From contig CAWFFU010000001.1 in assembly GCA_963815215.1 (NCBI GenBank), forward strand, positions 1 through 42,629: a stretch of DNA of 42,629 nucleotides. Reading direction: 5' to 3'. Below are positions 1 to 7,763 of this stretch, piece by piece (positions within the stretch are counted from its first letter, which is position 1; each line of letters opens with the position of its first letter). Origin of the DNA: an uncultured Trueperaceae bacterium (GTDB lineage Bacteria; Deinococcota; Deinococci; Deinococcales; Trueperaceae). A model generated the notes under the pieces. It ran no database searches. It was not told where the DNA came from and worked only from the letters and a program-made list of their open reading frames with translations. The position numbers and the translations under genes are program-made.

Positions 1-180
1 CGCGGCCCGCAGGGACTATGCTTGAGGATCGGATGAGCGACGGGGTCGGATCGGGGTTCCGGCGTCGGTCGTTGGTTCCGTCGGAGATGGAGGGCGATCC
101 TGGGGACTCGACCCACGAGTCTCGCGAGAGGCGCCCGGAGGTGGGGGTACCCGGAGCGGCGCTACCGCACATGGCTGACG

Positions 181-2121
181 ATGGTGATCGTGGTCATGAT
201 GGCGGGAAGTGCCGGTGTGGGTACGTACTTGGTGCTGAACCACACCCGCACCATCATCCTCGAGAGCTCCCTAGACAGCGCCCAGGCGGTCTTGGTCACG
301 CATCTCGCCGTCGCCGCCGATGGTGCGCTGGTGGGGCCGCCGCTCGACCACGCGGGGGCTTGGCACGCGTTGATCGAAGGCGTCGGTGGGAGCTCCGGCA
401 CGATCGATGTCCTGGTGCTCGACGCCGACGGCGTGGTGCGCCGATCGCTGTCCAGCCCGTTGGGCATCGCTCCGCTGCCGGAGGCCGCCTGGCATCGGGT
501 GGAGGCGGGCCGGCCCTATCGCCGCCTGCATGTGGGCGCCGCCGGACCGGTCTTGGACGTGGTGGTGCCGGTGACGTTCGGGGAGGGGCCGACAGGCGCG
601 GGGCGCGGCGCTGTCGAGATCGTGCAGGACGGCCGGCGTGTGGCCGCTGACCTGCGGAGCATCACCCTCCAGAACGGGGCGGCCGGGGTGGTGACGTGGT
701 TGATGCTGAGCATCCTGATGTACTTCGTCGGCAGAATGCTGACGGCGCGCTCGTTCCGCGATCGCCTGACCGGTCTGCACAACCTGCAGTACTTCGAGGT
801 CTCGACGGTCGGCGAGCTGGCGCGGTTGGCGCGCCACGGCCGCAGCGCGGCCGTGCTGAACGTCGACGTGCGGCGCCTGCGCCACGTCAACGATGCGCTG
901 GGGCACCGTGCTGGCGACACGATCCTGCGGCTGGCGGCGGCGGCGCTAAAGAGCGAGGTCCGCCCCGGCGATTACCTGTCACGCGTGGGCAGCCAGTTCC
1001 TGGTCCTGCTCGACGAGGTCGACAAGGGCGGCGCGGAGGCGTTCGCGTGGCGCATCGCGGTGGTGCTGAGGCGCACCGTGCAGGTCGGCGGCAACCCACT
1101 GCGACTCAGCGCCGCGATCGGCATCGCACTGTTCCCGGACCACGGCACCACCCTCGACGAGCTGCTGGCGAACGCCGACAGCGCCCTGAGCGAGTCGAAG
1201 AGCGGTGGCCATCCCTTCTATACCTTCCGGGCCGGCCTCCCTCGCAGCACCGCCGAGTCGCTGGCGCTCGAGAGCGATCTCGCCGCCGCGCTGGTCGCGG
1301 ACGAGCTGCTGCTGTTCGGGCAGCCCATCGTCGACCTGGCGAGCGGGCGGGTCGCCGGCATGGAGGCGCTGGCGCGCTGGCAGCATCCCGACCGCGGCCT
1401 GCTCGCGCCTGCCGCGTTCATCCCGCAGGCCGAGGAGTCGGGGTTGATCCGCGAAGTGGACCGCTGGGCGCTCGACGCCGCCGCCGCCGCCGTGGCCGCC
1501 TGGGGACGGAACGGCTTCGAGGGCTTCGTCAGCGTCAATCTATCGGGGCAATCCCTCGCCGACGACGGCCTCCCCGCGGCGGCGGGCCGCGCGCTGGCGC
1601 GGCACGGCGCCAGCGCCGGATCGATCATGCTGGAGGTCACCGAGACCGCCGCCATCCGCGATCTGGAGGGCTCGCGGGACGTCCTCGGCGCCCTCAAGGC
1701 GCTGGGCTTCCGCCTCGCGCTCGACGACTTCGGCAAGGGCTACTCCTCGCTCGGCTACCTGCGGAAGCTGCCCGTCGACCTCATCAAGATCGATCGCCAG
1801 TTCACCGAGAACGTGGTGCACCAGACCGCCGACCAGCACCTGATCCGCGCACTGGTGACGTACGCCCGCGGCCTGCGGCTGGGCGTGGTGGCCGAGGGGA
1901 TCGAGACCGCCGAGCAGCACGCCTGGCTCGAGCGCGCCGGCATCCGCTGGGGCCAGGGCTACCTGTACGGTGTACCGGCGCCCCTGACCGAGCCTCCCAC
2001 GGCACTGCGGGTGCCCGCGAACGGCCCCTCCGGGAGCGGGGCCTCGGGGAGCGGGGCCTCCGGGAGCAGCGCCTCGGGAAGCAGCGCCTCCGGGAGCGGT
2101 TTCGGCGCCAAGGGAAACTGA
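181..2121 (+). CDS. Membrane-anchored GGDEF-EAL protein; likely c-di-GMP phosphodiesterase with degenerate GGDEF
   Basis: Two hydrophobic segments flank an extracytoplasmic region. GGDEF fold (DRLTGLHN, VNDALGHRAGD) has a degenerate site SRVGSQF. EAL motifs are intact (MEALARW, LDDFGKGYSSL, KID, AEGIET, QGYLYG). The true start may lie upstream. Confidence 0.9.
   Translation: MVIVVMMAGSAGVGTYLVLNHTRTIILESSLDSAQAVLVTHLAVAADGALVGPPLDHAGAWHALIEGVGGSSGTIDVLVLDADGVVRRSLSSPLGIAPLPEAAWHRVEAGRPYRRLHVGAAGPVLDVVVPVTFGEGPTGAGRGAVEIVQDGRRVAADLRSITLQNGAAGVVTWLMLSILMYFVGRMLTARSFRDRLTGLHNLQYFEVSTVGELARLARHGRSAAVLNVDVRRLRHVNDALGHRAGDTILRLAAAALKSEVRPGDYLSRVGSQFLVLLDEVDKGGAEAFAWRIAVVLRRTVQVGGNPLRLSAAIGIALFPDHGTTLDELLANADSALSESKSGGHPFYTFRAGLPRSTAESLALESDLAAALVADELLLFGQPIVDLASGRVAGMEALARWQHPDRGLLAPAAFIPQAEESGLIREVDRWALDAAAAAVAAWGRNGFEGFVSVNLSGQSLADDGLPAAAGRALARHGASAGSIMLEVTETAAIRDLEGSRDVLGALKALGFRLALDDFGKGYSSLGYLRKLPVDLIKIDRQFTENVVHQTADQHLIRALVTYARGLRLGVVAEGIETAEQHAWLERAGIRWGQGYLYGVPAPLTEPPTALRVPANGPSGSGASGSGASGSSASGSSASGSGFGAKGN
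2026..2100 (+). repeat. 15-bp tandem repeat x5 encoding a Ser/Gly/Ala tail
   Basis: Units ccctccgggagcggg, gcctcggggagcggg, gcctccgggagcagc, gcctcgggaagcagc, gcctccgggagcggt. Confidence 0.9.
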
Positions 2122-2275
2122 GCGCGCGCCCGGCGACGACCTTCCAGGACTAAGAGAGGCGAAAGCCACACCCTGTCACTGTGGGGCGTAGCAGGGGATC
2201 GTGTCGACCCCCGGCGCGGGCGCCGCAAACCGCTGCGGACCTCCCGCGAACGCCTCTCTCCCGGCGGCTAGGATC

Positions 2276-3470
2276 ATGGCCAACGTCCACACACCCATCT
2301 GGATCCGCTCGCTCGGAAGGCTGAGGGCCCGCCTGGTCGCCGACCTGTTCGCCGGCCTGCGCAGCCTCATCCAGCGCCCCAGCGGCAGCCACACCTCCAT
2401 CATGGAGGTGGTGGCCGACGTGCAGGGCGTCGAGCGCTTCCGGTGGATCCTGCGCAACATGCTGTGGTTCGGGGTGGCCCTGCACCTGCTGTTCATGGCC
2501 TTGTTCTTCGGGCTGCAGGTGTGGAGCCTGGGCGTGCTGAACGTCGCCAGCGTGTTGTGCTACCTGCTGGCCGCACGGATGCTGCAAGCGCGGCCAGGTC
2601 GACGCGCCCTTCGCCATCGGCGGCACCGAGGTCGCGGCGCACGCCGCCATCGTCACGCTGCTGCTGGGCATCCGCCCCGGCTTCTTCATCTTCCTCCCGC
2701 TGGTGACCGTCCTCACCTTCCTCAACCCCAAGGCGAGCCTGCGCACCAAGATCCTGTGGAGCGCCACACAGGCGCTGCTGCTCATGGTGGTGGTCGCGGT
2801 CGCGGAGACGAACGCGCCGGTGCTGGTGCTCGCGCCCGAAGTGCAGCGCCTGCTGATGATCGTCAACGCCGCACTGTTCGTGGGCGGGCTGTCGTTCCTG
2901 ACGCACGTGGTGAGCGAAGCCGCGCGCAGCGCCGAGGGCGACCTGCGGCGCGCGCTGGCGCGCGAAGACGAGCTCGCGCGCACCGACGCCCTCACCGGGC
3001 TGCTCAACCGCCGCGCCATGAGCGAGCTGCTCGAGGTCGAGGCCGCGCGGGTCGAGCGCAACGGCCGCTCCTTCGCCGTGCTGGTGGCCGATCTCGACGA
3101 CTTCAAGGGCGTCAACGACGCTTACGGTCACCCCGTCGGCGACCATGCTCTGCGCTGCGTCGCCGCGCGCCTGCTCGGCGCGGTACGGGCGCAGGACCAG
3201 GTGGCACGCTGGGGCGGCGAGGAGTTCCTGCTGCTGCTGCCCGAGACCGACTCGGAGACCGCACTGCGGGTGGCCGAACGGCTTCGCTCCGCCGTCTCCG
3301 AACCTCCGCTGCAACTCGACGACCACGAGTACCGCGCTACCGCCACCTTCGGCCTGGACGTCTACCGCCGCGGCGCCACCGTCCACGAGGTCGTGCGCCA
3401 GGCCGACCGCGCCCTATACGCGGGCAAGCGGCTGGGCAAGGACCGGGTGGTGCGGGGGTTGGCGGCGTAG
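2276..3470 (+). pseudogene. Membrane diguanylate cyclase (GGDEF) with a +1 frameshift near 2586 (pseudogene or assembly indel)
   Basis: The N-terminal TM region (MANVHTP...LLAARML) is in the 2201 frame. It continues in the 2703 frame as KRGQVDAPFAIGGTEVAAHAAIVTLLLG..., then TDALTGLLNRR, RAQD I-site and RWGGEEF. Confidence 0.85.
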
Positions 3471-3734
3471 GGGGGAAGCGTAAGGCAAGCCTGGCTTTCG
3501 GGGTCACCGCGAGCGGGAGGAGGTAGGGGGGGTTCTCTGGCACCGTCGTCCGGAGGTAAAGACTGGCTTTACCTCTATCGAAGTACGTCAGAGACGGCTC
3601 TCGTGCCGTACGGGGAAGGCCGAGGCCGAAGGCGCCGACGCCCGCAGCGGGCGACCGCACGGGCCGACCGGCGGCGAACGTTCAACCAGCCTTTACCTTC
3701 GAAAGAGGGGTTCGGACACACCCCCCCGCCCTAC
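3467..3734. repeat. Inverted pair of ~50-bp dispersed repeats (MITE/REP-like) plus a truncated copy
   Basis: 3523-3572 (gtagggggggttctctggcaccgtcgtccggaggtaaagactggctttac) is an imperfect reverse complement of 3680-3734 (gttcaaccagcctttaccttcgaaagaggggttcggacacacccccccgccctac). Partial copy at 3467-3499. Internal hairpin gaggtaaag-actgg-ctttacctc at 3553-3575. Confidence 0.7.
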
Positions 3735-4954
3735 CGCGGCGGCGGCCCCAGCGTCTTCCGGAACGCCCGCGCGCTCGCCGGGCACGCGCCGCGCAGCTCC
3801 GCGGACGCCGCGAGCTCCGCGGGGAGAGCGCCGCGGTCGACCTCCTCGAATCCCCAGTGCTGGAGCAGCTCGGGGATGGTCGTGGTCAGGCCGTAGGCGA
3901 CGTTCGCGCCGGCCCGCGCAGTCTCGCGCAGGGCGTGACGCAGCAGCGCCTCGCCGTAGCCGCGGCCGCGCAGGGCCGGCCGCACGGCGAGGGAGCGGAG
4001 CAGGGCGTGCTCGCCGTAGCCCTCGAAACCGACGACCGCATCGATCGCTCCGGGCGCACCGTCCAGTACGAACAACCGCGTCACGTCCGCCGCCAGCCCG
4101 ATCTCTGGCAGCCCCTCGCCGCCGAGCAGCGCAGCCACGGCCGGCAGGTCGCCGGCGTCCGCCGGGCGCAGCGCCGGCCTGCGGGCGCGGACCGAGGCGC
4201 TGTAGGTCTCGCCCGTCGCCACGCCCTCGGGCGGCGCGTCGACGGCGATGTCGGCGAACCCGGCCGCGCGCAGCAGCTCCCGGTAGCGCTCCGGCGTCTC
4301 GGCGCCGTCGATGCAGGCGCACCAGCCCTCCTCGCTGGCAGCGGTCAGGCGCGGCCCGTTGCGAAGCACGTCGCTGATCGCCAGGCGTCCGCCCGGACGC
4401 AGCACCCGGAACGCCTCGCCGAAGACCGCCGCCTTGTCCTGCGACAGGTTCACCACGCAGTTGGAGAGCACCACGTCGATCGAGGCGTCCTCGACCGGAA
4501 GCGCCTCGATGAAGCCTTCGCGGAAGGCGACGGTACCGAGCCCCAGCTTCGCAGCGCCGTCGCGGGCGCGCGCCAGCATGGCGGGCGTCATGTCCACGCC
4601 GAGCACGCGGCCCGTGGGCCCGACGGCCCTCGCGGCGCGGAACGCGTCGAGGCCGGCGCCGCTCCCCAGATCCAGCACGCTCTCGCCGGCGTCGAGCTCG
4701 GCGAAGACGGTCGGTTGACCGCAGCCGAAGCTGGGCGTGGCGGCGAGCGCGTCGTCGCCCACGTCGGCCGCGGCCGGACTCGCGCCGTCGCCGCAGCACC
4801 CGCCCGCCTCCAGGCGCGCGGTGTAGTACGAGCGCACGCTCTCCCGGATCTCGGCGGTTCCCTCAGGGGCGGCCGGCGCCGCGCTCACGCTCGGGCCGAC
4901 ACCCTGGCCCGGCGCGCAACAGCCGGGGCCCGCCGCGGGCTCAGCGGCGCTCAT
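3731..4954 (-). CDS. arsM: Arsenite S-adenosylmethionine methyltransferase fused to a C-terminal GNAT (ArsN2-like) acetyltransferase
   Basis: ArsM motifs GCC, SFGCGQP, VLDLGSGAGLD, GVDMT, SNCVVNL, WCAC. C-terminal GNAT with ALLRSLAV..RGRGYG, YGLTTT and CPASA. Lies downstream of arsR. Confidence 0.85.
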   Translation of the reverse strand: MSAAEPAAGPGCCAPGQGVGPSVSAAPAAPEGTAEIRESVRSYYTARLEAGGCCGDGASPAAADVGDDALAATPSFGCGQPTVFAELDAGESVLDLGSGAGLDAFRAARAVGPTGRVLGVDMTPAMLARARDGAAKLGLGTVAFREGFIEALPVEDASIDVVLSNCVVNLSQDKAAVFGEAFRVLRPGGRLAISDVLRNGPRLTAASEEGWCACIDGAETPERYRELLRAAGFADIAVDAPPEGVATGETYSASVRARRPALRPADAGDLPAVAALLGGEGLPEIGLAADVTRLFVLDGAPGAIDAVVGFEGYGEHALLRSLAVRPALRGRGYGEALLRHALRETARAGANVAYGLTTTIPELLQHWGFEEVDRGALPAELAASAELRGACPASARAFRKTLGPPPR

Positions 4955-5175
4955 GCGCCCGCCGTGCAGCAGGTGGCGCCGACCATCGCCGGGACGGACC
5001 CGCAGACCGGACCCGCCGTGGCGCCCCCGACGGACGCGCGGCGCGCCCTCCGGCCCGACGCCGCCTCCGTGCGGCGCTCCCGCAACGCGCGTCGCACGGC
5101 GGCGCGCGCCTCGCCCTCGCGGCGCAGCGCGTCCAGATGCTGATGGAGCAGGTGGCTCAGGTACACGTCGTTCAT
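4951..5175 (-). CDS. Small hypothetical protein (74 aa) with C-terminal cysteines
   Basis: SD-like gagggag upstream. Stop overlaps the arsM start (ATGA). Ends PVCGS...TCCTAGA. Confidence 0.6.
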   Translation of the reverse strand: MNDVYLSHLLHQHLDALRREGEARAAVRRALRERRTEAASGRRARRASVGGATAGPVCGSVPAMVGATCCTAGA

Positions 5176-5205
5176 GATGCTCTCCCTCTTCGCAGGCGGC
5201 CGACG

Positions 5206-5514
5206 TCAGGCCGGAACCGGGGGCGCGAGCCGCAGCCGGTCCAGCTCGTCGGCCAGCCGGCCGATGGCCTCGGAATCGAGCTCGTAGTACACCCAGCGGC
5301 CGCGCTTCTCGGCACGCACCAGTCCCGCCGACACCAGCACCTTCATATGGTGGCTCACGGTCGGTTGCGAGAGCCCGAGCACACCCTCCATGTCACAGCC
5401 GCAGACGCCGTCGCTGCGGCTGCAGCAGTCGGCCTGCGGGGCGCGGAGGAACTCGACGATGGCCAGGCGCGTGGGATCGGCCAGGGCCTTGAGGCGGTCG
5501 GCAAGAGCCTGCAT
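5206..5514 (-). CDS. arsR: ArsR/SmtB family metalloregulator
   Basis: LKALADPTRLAI, DCC...VCGCD, LSQPTVSHHMKVL..AGLV..EKRGRWVYY. Confidence 0.93.
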   Translation of the reverse strand: MQALADRLKALADPTRLAIVEFLRAPQADCCSRSDGVCGCDMEGVLGLSQPTVSHHMKVLVSAGLVRAEKRGRWVYYELDSEAIGRLADELDRLRLAPPVPA

Positions 5515-5520
5515 GGATCG

Positions 5521-5549
5521 ATAGTAGTCGATGTATCGACGCCTGTCAA
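5521..5549 (-). promoter_or_regulatory. Sigma70-type promoter of arsR (leaderless) with palindromic operator
   Basis: On the minus strand: TTGACA (5549-5544), 17 bp, TACTAT (5526-5521), 6 nt, ATG. The spacer holds the palindrome GTCGAT-N2-ATCGAC (5527-5540). Confidence 0.8.
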
Positions 5550-5590
5550 TCTATCTGAGGACGATCCAGGACCCACCCCCGGCTCGAGCC

Positions 5591-5643
5591 GTCAAACCAC
5601 CCTTGACGTTCGGAAGAGGGGGTCCGGAACACCCCTCTGGTAC
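5591..5643 (+). repeat. Solo copy of the ~50-bp dispersed repeat
   Basis: gtcaaaccacccttgacgttcggaagagggggtccggaacacccctctggtac resembles 13090-13140 and 3680-3734. Confidence 0.65.
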
Positions 5644-5696
5644 TCTCCGGCCGCCGGATGGCACCCGCCGGACCACGGCTGCCGACCCGCAGCCCC

Positions 5697-6239
5697 CTAC
5701 CGCCTCCCGGCCCGCCCGGGGCCCGCCCGCCAGCCTTCCGGCCGGACGGCCGCCGACCGCACCGCCTGCGGCGCCCCCCGGTAGGCGCGCCGCACCTCCG
5801 GCACGAACGCCAGCAGCACGACCACCAGACCGAGGCCGGCGATGAACGCCTGCAAGAGGTTGGTGGCGCCGAGCATCAGCACCTGCACGGCGATCCACAC
5901 CATCATCGCCAGGCCCGCGCCGACCGCGACGCTCCAGGCCCAGTGCCGACCGGTGGCGCGCTCGAGCCAGGCCATCGCCCGCCATTCCGGCCGCCACCAC
6001 AGCAGCAACACCGCCACCAGCGGGTACACACCCAGCACCAGGGTGAGCAGCAGGCCGGGCACCAGGAAGCTGTCGAAGGGCGTGCCCGCCAGCACCGACG
6101 TCGACAGCCCCAACGGCGCGCCGAACGGGTCCATCAGCATCGGGACGCCGCCGAAGAGTGCCGCGCTCGCTTCCAACACCAGCACCAGGCTGAGCACGAA
6201 GAGGCTGACAGGACGAAGGCGCCTACGTTCCACTTGCAT
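5697..6239 (-). CDS. Hypothetical integral membrane protein (about 4 TM)
   Basis: SD ggggagg before ATG 6239. Hydrophobic helices and DPFGAPLGLS..L.GTPFDSFLVPGLLL segment. Confidence 0.75.
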   Translation of the reverse strand: MQVERRRLRPVSLFVLSLVLVLEASAALFGGVPMLMDPFGAPLGLSTSVLAGTPFDSFLVPGLLLTLVLGVYPLVAVLLLWWRPEWRAMAWLERATGRHWAWSVAVGAGLAMMVWIAVQVLMLGATNLLQAFIAGLGLVVVLLAFVPEVRRAYRGAPQAVRSAAVRPEGWRAGPGRAGRR

Positions 6240-6573
6240 CAGGACCTCCCCTGGTGTCGACCGCCCACGCGATCGCACCCGCACGGCCCATGTCCGGACC
6301 GCGGCGCCGCCCGCTCCCCCGGCGTTCACCAGGTCAACGTCGCGACGGTCCCACGTCGTGCCTCGCCTCGATTCTAGAGCCTCGTGGGGAGTCAGGTGTC
6401 CCTTGGCAGGCGACCTCGGACGGGTATACGCTGGAGGCCCGTTCCTGTCGAAGGGTCGCGTTCACGACACACGGAGCCTGCACGATCTCTTGGGGGGGTG
6501 GCGAGCATGACTCGCACGACGCACTATGGGGCACCGGCGATCTTCGGGCCGGGGTCCGTTCGTTCTCTGCACC

Positions 6574-7551
6574 ATGGACGGGCCTCCGTCAACGCACGCC
6601 CCTAGCTCGATGGACCGTGCGACCGATACCCTGCTCGGAGAGCTCTTCGAGCGGCTTCCCGACGGCTGCTTCTTCGTCCTCCTCGACGCCCCGGCCACGC
6701 ATCCGCCCGACTCCGAGGCGCTGGTCGATCACGTCCTGACGTCGGCCCGGCTGGTGCGCGCCAACGAGGCGCTGGAGCGGCAGCACGGCGTGGCGAGGGC
6801 CCGGCTGCTCGGCCGCAGCGCCGCCGAGCTCCCCGGCTTCGCCGGCGCCGAGGGCCGCGCGCAGCTCCGCGCCCTGCTCGCTCAGGGCAGCGTCCATCTG
6901 GTGCGGCCGGTCCGCGCGCTCGACGGCCGGGAGCTGACCATCGACGGCCGCTACCACACCCTCCGAGACGAAGACGGGCGCGTTCTCGGCTTCCTGGGGG
7001 TGCAGCGCGACATCACCCACCTGCAGCGGCTGCAGGACGAGCTGGAGTCCAGGGCCTCCACCGACCCGCTGACCGGCGCGGGCAACCGCCGGCTGCTCGA
7101 GGAGCGCTTCGCCGCCTACACCACCGCCGGCGGCGCGCACCGCATCACCCTGCTCTACATCGACCTCAACGGCTTCAAGCGCGTCAACGACCGCTCCGGC
7201 CACGGCGCGGGCGACCACGCCCTGGAGCGCTACGCCGATCACCTTCGCACCGTGCTGCGCGCCGGCGACACACTGGTGCGCATCGGCGGCGACGAGTTCG
7301 TCGTCCTCGCCCCACACGCCAACCCCGGGGACGAGCGCGCGCTGCTCGAGCGCGTGGCGGCGCCCGCCGTGATCGATCTTCCGGAGGGCGACTCGGTCCG
7401 GCTGTCGTGCAGCGTGGGCGTGGTGCACTTCCCCGGCGACGGGACGGAGCTGCCCGAGCTGCTCGAACTCGCCGACCGGCGCATGTACCTCGCCAAGGGG
7501 AGCGGGCCGGACGCGGCCGGGAACGGCGGCCGACCGTCGATGCCGGTCTAG
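6574..7551 (+). CDS. PAS-GGDEF diguanylate cyclase
   Basis: PAS/PAC end (GFLGVQRDIT), TDPLTGAGNRR, DLNGFKRVND..GH..GD, RAGD I-site, RIGGDEF. Start uncertain (6526/6574/6610). Confidence 0.9.
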   Translation: MDGPPSTHAPSSMDRATDTLLGELFERLPDGCFFVLLDAPATHPPDSEALVDHVLTSARLVRANEALERQHGVARARLLGRSAAELPGFAGAEGRAQLRALLAQGSVHLVRPVRALDGRELTIDGRYHTLRDEDGRVLGFLGVQRDITHLQRLQDELESRASTDPLTGAGNRRLLEERFAAYTTAGGAHRITLLYIDLNGFKRVNDRSGHGAGDHALERYADHLRTVLRAGDTLVRIGGDEFVVLAPHANPGDERALLERVAAPAVIDLPEGDSVRLSCSVGVVHFPGDGTELPELLELADRRMYLAKGSGPDAAGNGGRPSMPV

Positions 7552-7728
7552 GCTCGTTCGCGGGACCCCTGTCCCGCCGCCACAGGTGCATACTGAGGTC
7601 GCGGAAGCCGTCCAGGAGGAAAGAGATCCGAGCGCCGCAGTCGGAGATGGCGGAGGTTCACGAGAACGCCGCGCGGACGCTCCCGGGGCGTACGGCCCGG
7701 AGCGCAATCCCGACCCCTCCCCTTGGAT

Positions 7729-7757
7729 TTGAAATCGGAATGATTCCGAGTTAATAT
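7729..7757 (+). promoter_or_regulatory. Sigma70-type promoter with 7-1-7 palindrome (Fur/PerR/Zur-like box)
   Basis: TTGAAA (7729-7734), 17 bp, TAATAT (7752-7757), 6 nt, ATG 7764. Spacer holds TCGGAAT-G-ATTCCGA (7735-7749). Confidence 0.7.
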
Positions 7758-7763
7758 CCTGCC

